A stretch of 64,000 nt of DNA, taken from Anaeromyxobacteraceae bacterium (GTDB lineage Bacteria; Myxococcota; Myxococcia; Myxococcales; Anaeromyxobacteraceae). Made by a program: the position numbers and the translations under genes. The notes below the pieces were generated by a model. It was not told where the DNA came from. It did not search any database and saw only the letters and a list, made by a program, of their open reading frames with translations. The stretch is from contig JASGHJ010000002.1 of NCBI GenBank assembly GCA_047602405.1, forward strand, positions 544,001 through 608,000, read 5' to 3'. Shown in pieces: positions 29,414 through 38,836 of the stretch. Numbering within the stretch: the first letter of the stretch is position 1; the number at the start of each line of letters is the position of its first letter.

Positions 29414-30811
29414 ATGCACCGCCGCTTCACAGGCGTCGCGAGCGACGCCCTCCTCCAGATCGCCGACCTCGGCGCCCTCGTCCTCGCCCTGCCCGTCGCG
29501 TACCAGCTTCACGGTGCGTTGAGGAGCGAGCCGCTGCCGCCCCTCGACACCTACTGGCGCAGCCTGGTCATCGCGCTGCTCGTGTTCTTCACGAGCGCGT
29601 GGGCGCACCGGCTCTACGAGGAGCGGCCCCGCGCCGGCGCGCGCTCGATCCTCCGGCTCACCCAGTCCCTCGCGGTCGTGGCGCTCGTGCTCGGCGGCCT
29701 CGTCTTCCTGTTCGACCGGGCCGAGTCCAGCCGGCCGTTCGTCGTCTACTACTTCGCGACCGGCTGGCTCCTCCTCGTCGTCGCCCGCCTCGCGCTCCGC
29801 ACCGCGAGCCAGGTCGCGCGCCGCCGCGGCTACCACGCGCGCCGCTTCGCCGTCATCGGCGCGGACACCGGCGCCCGCGAGATCGCCGACGCGATCGCCT
29901 CGCACCCGGAGTGGGGCTACCACTTCGTCGGCTTCGTGCTGCCCGAGGACGGCGTCCGCTCCCGCGGCCCCATCCTCGGCAAGCTCGCCCGCCTCGAGGC
30001 CATCCTCCAGGAGCACGTGATCGACGAGGTGGTGTTCGCGGTGAGCCGCGAGCGGATGGACGACATCGAGCACGCGGTCCAGGTCTGCGAGGAGCTCGGC
30101 GTCGACTACCGGATCTCCCTCGACCTCCTCCGCTTCGGCCAGGCCCAGCTCCGCGTCGGCGAGCTGAACGGCATCCCGACCCTGACCTACGGCCGCGCGC
30201 CGTCCGACCAGCTCGCGCTCGGCCTCAAGCGCGCGATGGACGTCGTCGTCGCGACCACCGTCCTGTTCCTCCTGTCGCCGGTGCTCCTCGCGGTCGGCCT
30301 CGCCATCAAGCTCGACTCGCCGGGCCCGATCTTCTTCCGCCAGAAGCGGGTCGGCCTCAACGGCCGCCCCTTCACGATGTTCAAGTTCCGCTCGATGTAC
30401 ATCGACGCGGAGCAGCGGCTCGAGGCGCTCAAGGCGCACAACGAGATGGACGGCCCGGTCTTCAAGATGCGGAACGACCCCCGCATCACGAAGCTCGGGC
30501 GCTTCGTGCGCAAGACCTCGCTCGACGAGTTCCCGCAGTTCATCAACGTGCTGCTCGGCGAGATGAGCGTCGTCGGCCCCCGCCCGCCGATCCCGGCGGA
30601 GGTCCGCCAGTACAAGCCCTGGCAGCGCCGCCGCCTGTCGATGAAGCCCGGCATCACCTGCATCTGGCAGGTGTCCGGCCGCAACGACATCGACTTCGAT
30701 CACTGGATGGAGCTCGACCTCGAGTACATCGACCACTGGTCGCTCTGGCGCGACGTCGAGATCTGCCTGAAGACCATCCCGGCCGTGCTCCTCGCCCGCG
30801 GGGCGAGCTAG
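29414..30811 (+). CDS. Polyprenyl-phosphate sugar phosphotransferase (WcaJ/WbaP-type priming enzyme)
   Basis: KRAMDV, FKFRSM, DPRITKLGRFVRKTSLDEFPQ, VGPRP, KPGITCIWQVSGRN. Confidence 0.95.
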   Translation: MHRRFTGVASDALLQIADLGALVLALPVAYQLHGALRSEPLPPLDTYWRSLVIALLVFFTSAWAHRLYEERPRAGARSILRLTQSLAVVALVLGGLVFLFDRAESSRPFVVYYFATGWLLLVVARLALRTASQVARRRGYHARRFAVIGADTGAREIADAIASHPEWGYHFVGFVLPEDGVRSRGPILGKLARLEAILQEHVIDEVVFAVSRERMDDIEHAVQVCEELGVDYRISLDLLRFGQAQLRVGELNGIPTLTYGRAPSDQLALGLKRAMDVVVATTVLFLLSPVLLAVGLAIKLDSPGPIFFRQKRVGLNGRPFTMFKFRSMYIDAEQRLEALKAHNEMDGPVFKMRNDPRITKLGRFVRKTSLDEFPQFINVLLGEMSVVGPRPPIPAEVRQYKPWQRRRLSMKPGITCIWQVSGRNDIDFDHWMELDLEYIDHWSLWRDVEICLKTIPAVLLARGAS

Positions 30812-30923
30812 CAGGGGCCCGGCGGGCCGCTCCCCCGGCTCCAGGCTGTCCCGAGGCCCCCTCTCCAGGGGGCCTCACCATTTTCAGGGCCGGTGCGCAG
30901 CTTGCCGGCCGGAGGCCCCGGCC

Positions 30924-31139
30924 ATGACCCTCACGCTCGTGTTCCTCGCCATCGCCGCGCTCGCCGCGGCGGCCGCCTTCGCGCTGCCGCCCGCGCACCC
31001 GCGCCCCGCCGCACGCGCCCCCGCCGGGCGCCGCGCGCTGGGCGCGAAGCTCCGCGACCGGGGCCCCCCGCACCTCTCGGTGCCACGCCCACACCTGCAC
31101 GCCCCGCGCAGGTTGTCCGAGCTGCTCGCGTTCCGGTGA
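30924..31139 (+). CDS. Small hypothetical membrane-anchored protein
   Basis: GGAGG RBS; hydrophobic N-terminus; 71 aa. Confidence 0.5.
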   Translation: MTLTLVFLAIAALAAAAAFALPPAHPRPAARAPAGRRALGAKLRDRGPPHLSVPRPHLHAPRRLSELLAFR

Positions 31140-31197
31140 GACCGGGCGCCCAGCCCGGGCCTGTCGTGGGACGGCGCGCCTCGCCTACACTGCGGGC

Positions 31198-32097
31198 GTG
31201 CGCTCCCGGCCCCGGACGCTGACGCTCCCCGCCCGGGATGGCGTTCCCCTGGAGGGCGACCTCTTCCTCCCGGAGGGCGCGCCCGCGGGCGCGGTGCTCG
31301 TCGCGGGCGCGATGGGCGTGGCGCGTCGCTACTACCGCCCGTTCGCGGCGCACCTCGCCGGGCGCGGCCTCGCGGCGCTCACGCTCGACCTGCGGGGCAT
31401 GGGCGGCTCCCGCCGCGGCTCGCTGCGCGGCCTCGACGTCACGCTGCACGGCTGGGGCGAGCTCGACCTCGGCGGCGGACTCGACGCGCTCGCGCGCGAG
31501 GTGCCCGGCGCGCCGCTCCTGTGGGTCGGCCACAGCGCCGGCGGCCAGCTCCTCGGCCTCCTCGACCCCAGCCCGGTGTGCGCGGCGCTGCTCGTCGGCG
31601 CGCAGAACGGCCACTGGCGCCACTGGCGCGGGTGGCGGCGCCTCGCGATGGCGGGCCTCTGGTGGGTGGGGGTGCCGGCGGCCGTCGCCGCGTTCGGACA
31701 CCTGCCGATGCGCCTCGCCGGGCAGGGCGAGGACGTGCCGGCGGGCGTCGCCCGCGAATGGGCGGCCTGGGGCCGGCGGCGCGAGTACATCGGCGCGTAC
31801 GCCGGGGCGCGCGGCGGGCTCGGCTTCGCGCGCTGGAGCGGGGCGCTCCGCTCGATCGCGGTGGCCGACGACCGCTACGCGCCGCCGGCGTCGGTCCACG
31901 CGCTCGCGGCGGCGTACCGCGCCGCGCGGGTCGAGGTCGTCGACGTGACGCCGGCCTCGATCGGCGTCCGCCGCGTCGGCCACTTCGGCTTCTTCCGCCC
32001 GCAGTTCGAGGAGGCGCTGTGGCGCCCGGCCTCGGACTGGCTGCTCGCGCGGGCGGGTGAGGCCGGCGCAGCGCCTCGGTCCTCGCGGCAGGGCTGA
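31198..32097 (+). CDS. Alpha/beta hydrolase
   Basis: GAMGVARRYY, DLRGMGGS, GHSAGG nucleophile elbow, DD, GHFGFF. Confidence 0.9.
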   Translation: MRSRPRTLTLPARDGVPLEGDLFLPEGAPAGAVLVAGAMGVARRYYRPFAAHLAGRGLAALTLDLRGMGGSRRGSLRGLDVTLHGWGELDLGGGLDALAREVPGAPLLWVGHSAGGQLLGLLDPSPVCAALLVGAQNGHWRHWRGWRRLAMAGLWWVGVPAAVAAFGHLPMRLAGQGEDVPAGVAREWAAWGRRREYIGAYAGARGGLGFARWSGALRSIAVADDRYAPPASVHALAAAYRAARVEVVDVTPASIGVRRVGHFGFFRPQFEEALWRPASDWLLARAGEAGAAPRSSRQG

Positions 32098-32174
32098 GGC
32101 CCGTCGCGTCGAGGCGTCGAGGCGAAGCCGCGCCGACGTAACCCCTGGAAGGCTCGGGCGTTCGCCCCGGCCGC

Positions 32175-32202
32175 TTGACAGCGACTGTTAACGATATATC
32201 GT
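32175..32202 (+). promoter_or_regulatory. Sigma-70 promoter overlapped by a palindromic operator (likely PadR site)
   Basis: TTGACA 32175-32180; TATCGT 32197-32202 lies inside the perfect palindrome ACGATATATCGT 32191-32202. Confidence 0.7.
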
Positions 32203-32265
32203 GAGTGTGTCTCGAACGCTCGCGATGGTCGCGGGCGCGGGACACGAAAGGCTGAAGAGGACACG

Positions 32266-32958
32266 ATGTTCAAAAGACACGATCGGCGCCGCGAGGGCGG
32301 CGAGCACGCGGGCGAGGCGGAGTTCGACCCGAGGACGTTCTGGGCGATGGCAGGCCGCGGGCACCGCGGCGGCGGGCGCGGCCACGGCGGCGACGAGGGC
32401 GGCGGAGGCGACGGCGACGGGGGCAACCCGTTCGGTGGCAACCCCTTCCGCCACTTCGGCCCCTTCCGCCGGTTCCCGTGGGAGGGCATGCACCGCGGCG
32501 GTCCGCGGGCGCGTCGCGGTGACATCCGCGCGGCGATCCTGGCGCTCCTCGCCGAGGCGCCGCGCAACGGCTACCAGATCATGCAGGAGGTCGAGCAGCG
32601 CAGCCAGGGCCTGTGGCGGCCCAGCCCGGGCTCGGTCTACCCGGCCCTGCAGCAGCTCGAGGACGAGGGGCTCGTGAAGGCGGAGGCGAGCGGCGGGGGG
32701 CGGGAGTTCCAGCTCACCGCGAAGGGCCAGGCCCACGTGAAGGAGCACGCGAAGGAGCTCGAGTCACCCTGGGCGGCGGTCGGCCGCGAGGGGGGCCGCG
32801 AGGAGATGATCGAGCTCTGGCAGCAGATCGGGCAGGTCGGCTCGGCCGTCGCGCAGGTCGCGCGCTCGGGCACCGACGCGCAGCGCGCCGAGGCGAAGAA
32901 GATCCTGTCGGAGGCGCGGCGCGCGCTCTACCGGCTGCTCGCCGAGGACGAGGGATGA
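32266..32958 (+). CDS. PadR-family transcriptional regulator with Gly/His-rich N-terminus
   Basis: RRGDIRAAILALL, NGYQIMQE, PSPGSVYPALQQLEDEGLV. Confidence 0.92.
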   Translation: MFKRHDRRREGGEHAGEAEFDPRTFWAMAGRGHRGGGRGHGGDEGGGGDGDGGNPFGGNPFRHFGPFRRFPWEGMHRGGPRARRGDIRAAILALLAEAPRNGYQIMQEVEQRSQGLWRPSPGSVYPALQQLEDEGLVKAEASGGGREFQLTAKGQAHVKEHAKELESPWAAVGREGGREEMIELWQQIGQVGSAVAQVARSGTDAQRAEAKKILSEARRALYRLLAEDEG

Positions 32959-33063
32959 GCCCCGCGGTCACCTCCGGGGTCGCCCTCGGCTGGTGGTCGC
33001 TCCTGCTCTCCCAGGCGTTGCCGGGGCTGGCGTGGTGTCTCGCGCCTGCCCCCGAGGTGAACC

Positions 33064-34113
33064 ATGAATCGCAAGCAGATCGCGCTTCTCGCGGGCGCAG
33101 CGGTGGTGCTCGCGGGCGGCGTCGCCGCCGCGGCGCACCGCGGGCCACGGGACCTGGCCCTGACCGGCGTCGTGACGACGGAGGAGGTGGTGGTGAGCCC
33201 GCTCGTCGCGGGGCGCCTCGTGGCGCTCCACGTGCGGGAGGGCGACGCGGTGACCCGCGGGCAGCTCCTCGCGGAGCTCGCGCCGGCGGAGCTCGAGGCG
33301 GAGCGGAGCTACTGGGCGCGGAGCGCCGAGGTCCTCGCGGCGGCGGTGGACGAGCGCGGCGCGACCGCCGCGGCCGAGGCGCGTGAGGACGCCGCGCGGG
33401 TCCGGCAGGCCGGGGCCGCGGTGGCGGTCGCGGAGGCCGAGCGCGCCGCCGCCGCCGCGCAGCTCGACGACGCCCGCGACAGCTGGGAGCGCCAGGCGCG
33501 GCTCCTGCGGGAGGGCTCCGGGACCGCCGAGGGCGAGGAGCACGCGCGGCGGGTGCTCGAGGCGGCCGGCGCCCGGGCCGGTGCGCTCGGCCGCGAGGTC
33601 GAGGGGCGGCGCGCGGCGCTCGAGCTCGCCCGGGCGAGCGCGGCGCGGGCCGTCGCCCGGCGCGCGGCGCTCGCGGGGGCGCGCCAGCAGGCGCTCGCGG
33701 CCGACGCGCAGCGCGCCCGGGCCGACGTGCGCCTCGGCGAGGCGCGGCTCACCTCGCCGCTCGACGGCGTCGTGAGCGTCCGGGCCGCCCGGGCCGGCGA
33801 GATCGTCGGCGCGGGGCAGGCGGTGGTCACCCTCGTCGACCCCGACGACCTGTGGGTCCGGGTCGACGTGGAGGAGGGCCAGGTCGGGCGCCTGCGGCTC
33901 GGGGACCGGCTCCCGGTCCGCCTCGCCTCTGGCGACGTGCGCGAGGGCACGGTCACCTACCGGGGCGTCGACGCGGCGTTCGCCACCGCGCGCGACCTCC
34001 CCGGTCCGCGGCGCGACCTGCGCACGTTCGAGGTCCGCCTGCGGATCGACGACCGCGACCGGCGGCTCGCCCCCGGCGCCTCCGCGACCGTGCTGCTCCC
34101 GGCGGAGGGGTGA
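33064..34113 (+). CDS. HlyD-family periplasmic adaptor
   Basis: GAGGTG RBS; VREGDAVTRGQLL lipoyl half, coiled coil, SPLDGVV. Confidence 0.88.
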   Translation: MNRKQIALLAGAAVVLAGGVAAAAHRGPRDLALTGVVTTEEVVVSPLVAGRLVALHVREGDAVTRGQLLAELAPAELEAERSYWARSAEVLAAAVDERGATAAAEAREDAARVRQAGAAVAVAEAERAAAAAQLDDARDSWERQARLLREGSGTAEGEEHARRVLEAAGARAGALGREVEGRRAALELARASAARAVARRAALAGARQQALAADAQRARADVRLGEARLTSPLDGVVSVRAARAGEIVGAGQAVVTLVDPDDLWVRVDVEEGQVGRLRLGDRLPVRLASGDVREGTVTYRGVDAAFATARDLPGPRRDLRTFEVRLRIDDRDRRLAPGASATVLLPAEG

Positions 34114-35105
34114 TGGCCGCCATCGACGTCAGGGACCTCACGAAGCGCTTCGGGGACTTCACCGCCGTGGACGGCATCGGCTTCTCGGTCGAGGAGGGCG
34201 AGATCTTCGGCCTCCTCGGCCCGAACGGCGCCGGCAAGTCCACGCTCATCCGCGTGCTCACGACCCTCCTGCCGCCGAGCGGCGGCACGGCGATCGTGGC
34301 GGGCCACGACGTCGCCCGGGATCCCGACGGCGTGCGCCGCGCGATTGGGGTCATCCCCCAGAACCTCACGAGCGATCGCGAGCTCTCGGTCGAGGAGAAC
34401 CTCGTCGTGTTCGCGAAGCTGCACGGCGTGCCGCGCGCCCGCCGCACGCGGCTCGTCGCGGAGCTCCTCGAGGCGGTCAGCCTCACGGAGTGGGCCGACC
34501 AGCAGGTGAAGCTCCTCTCCGGCGGCATGCGGCGGCGGGTGGACATCGCCCGGGGGCTCGTCCACGAGCCGCGCATCCTGTTCCTCGACGAGCCCACGAC
34601 CGGGCTCGACCCGGTCTCCCGGGCCGCGGTCTGGGAGATGCTGCGCAGGGTGAAGGAGGCGCGCGGCCTCACCGTGCTCCTCACCACCCACTACCTCGAG
34701 GAGGCCGACCAGCTCTGCGACCGGGTGGGGATTGTCGACCACGGCCGGCTGGTCGCGCTCGACGCCCCGCTCGCGCTCAAGGCCGCGCTGCCCGGGCGGA
34801 GCGTCCTCGACGCGAGCTTCGGCGGCGCGCCGGCCGCCTGGCCCGAGCGCCTGCGGGCGTTGCCGGCGGTGCGGGAGGTCTCCGGCACGGGTCCCGCGTA
34901 CCGGCTGGCCTCGGCCGACGGGCCGGTGACCACCCGCGCGCTCCTCGAGGCGGCCGCCGCCGACGGCGTCCCCGTCCTGTCCCTCGCCATCCAGAGCACC
35001 ACGCTCGACGACGTCTTCGTCCAGTTCACCGGCCGGCAGCTCCGGGACGCCCTGCAGGCGCCCCCGCCGTCCGAGAGCCCGGTCATGACCGGCAAGCGGG
35101 CCTGA
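34113..35105 (+). CDS. ABC transporter ATP-binding protein (DrrA-like)
   Basis: GPNGAGKST, LSGGM, LFLDEPT, TTHY. Confidence 0.95.
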   Translation: MAAIDVRDLTKRFGDFTAVDGIGFSVEEGEIFGLLGPNGAGKSTLIRVLTTLLPPSGGTAIVAGHDVARDPDGVRRAIGVIPQNLTSDRELSVEENLVVFAKLHGVPRARRTRLVAELLEAVSLTEWADQQVKLLSGGMRRRVDIARGLVHEPRILFLDEPTTGLDPVSRAAVWEMLRRVKEARGLTVLLTTHYLEEADQLCDRVGIVDHGRLVALDAPLALKAALPGRSVLDASFGGAPAAWPERLRALPAVREVSGTGPAYRLASADGPVTTRALLEAAAADGVPVLSLAIQSTTLDDVFVQFTGRQLRDALQAPPPSESPVMTGKRA

Positions 35106-35123
35106 GCCCGCGGAGTCTCCCCA

Positions 35124-36239
35124 ATGCATCGCATCCTCGCCATCGTGGAGCGCGAGCTGCGCCGGTTCCGGCGCTCGAAGATGCTCGTGTTCGTCACGGT
35201 CCTCTCCCCGCTGCTCCAGCTCGTCGTGCTCGGCCACGCCTTCGGCGGCACCCTCCACGGCCTGAAGGTCGGCCTCGTGGACCAGGATCACGGCCTGCCG
35301 GCGCTGAAGGTGAAGGAGCTCGCCGGCGCGGTCGCCGCGAACGCGCGCACCTTCGAGACCGTCGCCTACGCCGAGGAGGGCGCCGCCCTCGCCGACCTGA
35401 GGGACGGCAGGCTCTCCGGCGTCCTGACCATCCCGCCGGGCTTCTCGCGGCGCGTGCACGCGCGAGAGGCGCCGCGGGTCGCGCTCGTCGAGAACAACGC
35501 GGACCGGTTCGCGGCCGCCGCCCTCGGCGGCGCGGTCGGCGCCATGCTGGACGGCGCCTCCGGCCCTCGGCTCGAGCCCCGCGTGGAGCCGGGCGCGGTC
35601 CGCCTCGAGGTCGTCGAGCTGTTCCCGTTCGTGCCGTACATCCAGTACCTGATGCCCGGCACCATCTGCCTCGCGATCTTCACCATGGTGTCGATGGGCG
35701 GGGCGATGAGCTTCATCGACGACAAGACGCTGGGGCTCCACGAGGGCTACCTCGTGACCCCGCTCACGAAGCTCGAGATGGTGGCCGGCTTCACGCTCTC
35801 CGGGGCGGTCAAGGCCGTCATCTCGGGGGTCGTGCTGCTCGCGGCGGCGCTCGTCATCGCGGGCGTCGCGCAGCCGCTCGAGCCGGTCCGGCTCGCGAAG
35901 CTCGTGGTGATCATCGGCGTCACCGCGTTCGCGTTCGTCGGGATGATGTTCATGCTCATGGCCCGGGTGGAGAACCCGATGATCCCGCGGGTCGCGAGCA
36001 TGGTCCTCACGACGCTCCTCTACTTCCCGAGCGGCGCGGTCTACCCGACCCAGGCGTTCCCGGGCTGGCTGCGGGCCATCGCCGCGCTCGACCCGTTCAC
36101 CTACGCGGTCGACGCGTTGCGCGCGGTCCTGCTCCAGGGGGTCGGCCTGGGCGCCGTGGCCGGCGACCTCGCCGTGCTCCTCGCGTTCGGGGCCGTCACG
36201 AACGGGCTCGCGGCGGTGCTCCTGAAGCGGACGCTGTGA
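35124..36239 (+). CDS. ABC-2 type permease
   Basis: One TM, periplasmic loop, five TM; SGAVYP...PFTYAVDALR. Confidence 0.92.
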   Translation: MHRILAIVERELRRFRRSKMLVFVTVLSPLLQLVVLGHAFGGTLHGLKVGLVDQDHGLPALKVKELAGAVAANARTFETVAYAEEGAALADLRDGRLSGVLTIPPGFSRRVHAREAPRVALVENNADRFAAAALGGAVGAMLDGASGPRLEPRVEPGAVRLEVVELFPFVPYIQYLMPGTICLAIFTMVSMGGAMSFIDDKTLGLHEGYLVTPLTKLEMVAGFTLSGAVKAVISGVVLLAAALVIAGVAQPLEPVRLAKLVVIIGVTAFAFVGMMFMLMARVENPMIPRVASMVLTTLLYFPSGAVYPTQAFPGWLRAIAALDPFTYAVDALRAVLLQGVGLGAVAGDLAVLLAFGAVTNGLAAVLLKRTL

Positions 36240-36270
36240 GGCGGGTGCGGCGGGGCGGACGCCGTGGGGG

Positions 36271-36423
36271 TCAGCCCTTCAGCATCGCGACCAGCATCAG
36301 CGCGAAGAAGATGGGCACCGCGATGGCCACCACGCTCCCGAGCGCGAGGGCGACGATGACGCCCGCGCGGGCGGGGCCGGACGGCGGGAGCTGCTCGAGG
36401 AGGGCTCTCAGCTGGCGCTTCAC
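36271..36423 (-). CDS. 50-aa small membrane protein (absent from the ORF track)
   Basis: MKRQLRALLEQLPPSGPARAGVIVALALGSVVAIAVPIFFALMLVAMLKG; TAAGAT 6 nt before the GTG. Confidence 0.6.
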   Translation of the reverse strand: MKRQLRALLEQLPPSGPARAGVIVALALGSVVAIAVPIFFALMLVAMLKG

Positions 36424-36489
36424 GCGGGCATCTTAGCCGAGGTTCCGCCCCGCTTGATCCCGGCGTGCGGGAAGGCTACCAACGGACGC

Positions 36490-37548
36490 GTGTCGGCGCT
36501 GGAACAGCTGGGGTGGGGCCCGTTCTTCGACGGGCAGCTCACCGACGAGGAGCGGCGGGGGCTCGTGCCCGGCCGCGTCCTCGCCGACCTCGGCCCCTGG
36601 CTCGTCGTCCGGTACGCCGATCAGGACCGCAACACCATCGTGCCGGGGAAGATCCGCGGGACCGCGGCGGCGCCGGTGGTCGGCGACTTCGTCCTCGCGC
36701 CCCCCGTGCCGTCGCCCGGCGTGGCGCGGGTCCTCGCCCGCCGGAGCCGCATCTCGCGGAACGTCGCCGGCCGGCAGGTGGGCGAGCAGGTGCTCGCCGC
36801 CAACGTCGACGTGGTGTTCGTGGTCGACGCGCTCGACGCCCTCTCCGGCGACATGGTCCGCCGCATCGAGCGCTCGGTCGCGGCGGTGGTGGCGGGCGGC
36901 GCGACGCCGGTCGTGCTGCTCGGGAAGAGCGACCTCGCCGACGAGCTCGAGCCGTTCCTCGAGGCCGCCCGCGCGGCGGCGCCCGGCGTGGAGGTCCGCG
37001 CGGTCTCGGGCAAGCGCGGGATCGGCGTCGACGGCCTGCGCGCGCACCTCGCGGCGGGCCGCACCGCCGCGTTCCTGGGCCCCTCCGGCGCCGGCAAGTC
37101 GACGCTCGTGAACGCGCTCCTCGGCGAGGACGTGCAGGTGGTGGGCGGCGTGCGCGAGCGCGACGGCCGCGGCCGGCACACCACCACGACCCGGCGGCTG
37201 TTCCCGCTCACCGGCGGCGGCGCCGTCGTCGATGGCCCCGGGATCCGGGAGCTCAAGCTCTGGGACGGAGGCGGGCTCGAGCGCACGTTCGAGGAGGTGG
37301 CCGAGGTCGCCGCGCGCTGCCGGTTCAGCGACTGCGCGCACGCCGGCGAGCCGGGCTGCGCGGTGCGCGAGGCGCTCGAGCGCGGGGCGCTCGAGGAGGA
37401 GCGGGTGGCCGGCTACCTGAAGCTCGGCGCCGAGGCCGCCGCGCAGGCCGCGCGGCGAGCGGAGCCGAACCGCGCGGAGCGCAAGCGCTGGGAGAAGGAG
37501 ACGACCCGGGCCCTGCGGAAGCTGCAGAAGGGGCGGGGGGAGGACTGA
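36490..37548 (+). CDS. rsgA: Ribosome small subunit-dependent GTPase A
   Basis: VVGD, AANVD, GPSGAGKSTL, GRHTTT, DGPGIRE, CRFSDCAHAGEPGCAV zinc finger. Confidence 0.93.
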   Translation: MSALEQLGWGPFFDGQLTDEERRGLVPGRVLADLGPWLVVRYADQDRNTIVPGKIRGTAAAPVVGDFVLAPPVPSPGVARVLARRSRISRNVAGRQVGEQVLAANVDVVFVVDALDALSGDMVRRIERSVAAVVAGGATPVVLLGKSDLADELEPFLEAARAAAPGVEVRAVSGKRGIGVDGLRAHLAAGRTAAFLGPSGAGKSTLVNALLGEDVQVVGGVRERDGRGRHTTTTRRLFPLTGGGAVVDGPGIRELKLWDGGGLERTFEEVAEVAARCRFSDCAHAGEPGCAVREALERGALEEERVAGYLKLGAEAAAQAARRAEPNRAERKRWEKETTRALRKLQKGRGED

Positions 37549-37571
37549 GCTCCCTCTTCAACCCCCGATCC

Positions 37572-37603
37572 CCCCCCAACCCCGATCCCCCCAGCCCCAG
37601 AGG
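37572..37603. repeat. Left C-tract copy of an imperfect inverted repeat flanking the transposase
   Basis: CCCCCCAACCCCGATCCCCCCAGCCCCAGAGG is approximately the reverse complement of 38804-38836. Confidence 0.7.
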
Positions 37604-37804
37604 CTTCCTCGGAGCAGGGGGCGCCCGCAGGCCGACGATCGCTCTTTTGGGGTGAATTCACCCTGCGTGTCGTGGCGTGCGGACCAGGGCGGGGGCGCGT
37701 CGGGCACGCTTCGACCCGAGATCGTTCACATGGGATGGAACGCGAACAGACCACTCCGGCGCCGCCGGAGCAGTCGGTGAGTTTCGGAGGTCGGGCGGCC
37801 CGCG

Positions 37805-38697
37805 CTAGACAGGCGGGGCGCAGGCGGCGCCGAGCACGGCGCCCATGGCCCAGGTGCCGGGCGGGAACACGACGTTCCACATGCCCTTGCGGAACAGCTC
37901 GAAGGCCTTGCGGTACGCGTCCTGGAACGCCTTCAGCTGCTGCTGCGCCTCGATCCGCTTCCACCGGTCGGACGCCGCGATCTTCGGGTTGAGCTTGCTC
38001 GGCGGTTCCTTCCCGGCCGGATGCTGCCACCACTGCTGCCGGAGCACCCGCCGCAGCCCCGCGAACTTGCGCCGCTCGCCGTCCTCGGTGCGCGCCGCCT
38101 GCTTCTCGAGCGCCGCGAGCGCGCCCTTCACCGACTCGCGGTACCGCTCTGCCGAGAAGCCCTTCGGCGGCACGAGCGCGAGCACGGCGCTGTCGGGCAT
38201 GTTCCCGTCCTTCGAGAAGAACATCTCCGGCCGCTCGTACTCGCGCCCCGTGCCGAGCTCCTCGAACGAGGACCAGAGCCCGGGCCAGTGGCTGCCGTGC
38301 TCGACGAGCCCCGCAGCGACCGGGTTCGCGAGCGTGTAGGCCGCCTTCGCGATGACGGAGCCCTCGTCCTCGAGCGAGACCGCGCTGTAGCTCCCGGGGG
38401 CCCAGGCCGACTCGAAGCGTTCGTGGAGGGTGTTGAGGAAGAGCGCGAGGTTCATGTTCAGCTCCTGGGCGAAGCGCGGGAGCTGGGCGAAGGGGTCGGA
38501 GAGGATCAGGTGGTAGTGGTTGGAGACGACGCACCAGGCGTGAAGCTCGATTCTTGTGTCGCCGGGCGGCGACGGCGAGGAGGTAGCCGAAGGCGTTGTT
38601 GAGCCGCACGGAGGGCACCATCAGGAAGAGCCGGTGCAGGCAACGGCGGGTGAACAGGTAGGTCTTGCCCGGAAGGATTCTGGCGGGGTGCGGTCAT
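37805..38697 (-). mobile_element. REP-associated tyrosine transposase (RAYT; HUH/Y1 family); two +1 frameshifts at 38676-38680 and 38549-38553
   Basis: Corrected MTAPRQILPGKTYLFTRRC...IELHAWCVVSNHYHL (HUH)...AAYTLANPVAAGLV (catalytic Tyr)...W..SS; GGAGG RBS. Confidence 0.85.
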
Positions 38698-38803
38698 GGC
38701 CTCCCGCGCATTCCACGCACCGTGCCGCTCCCAACTCCCTGGATTCCCAGGCCCCCGCCACCCGCACGCCGGCCGTTCCGCGGACCACCGTCCAATCGGC
38801 GGA

Positions 38804-38836
38804 CCTCTGGGGCAGGGGGGGATTGGGGTAGGGGGG
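38804..38836. repeat. Right G-tract copy of the inverted repeat
   Basis: CCTCTGGGGCAGGGGGGGATTGGGGTAGGGGGG; 3 mismatches and 1 indel relative to the left copy. Confidence 0.7.

Noticed and set aside
32955..33072. ORF starting at the padR stop that would fuse to hlyD if GAATC at 33066 were an insertion artefact
   Set aside because: The ATG at 33064 has a good GAGGTG RBS and a typical basic-then-hydrophobic N-terminus; no correction is needed, though it cannot be fully excluded.
342..38680. Programmed ribosomal frameshifting, phase variation or mass pseudogenisation as the cause of the split genes
   Set aside because: No slippery heptamers or homopolymer tracts at the sites, no accompanying stop codons, and the same motif in unrelated genes on both strands fits a sequencing artefact better.
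38712..38728. Sigma-54-like CGGCACG upstream of the transposase (minus strand)
   Set aside because: The -12 position reads GG rather than the required GC.
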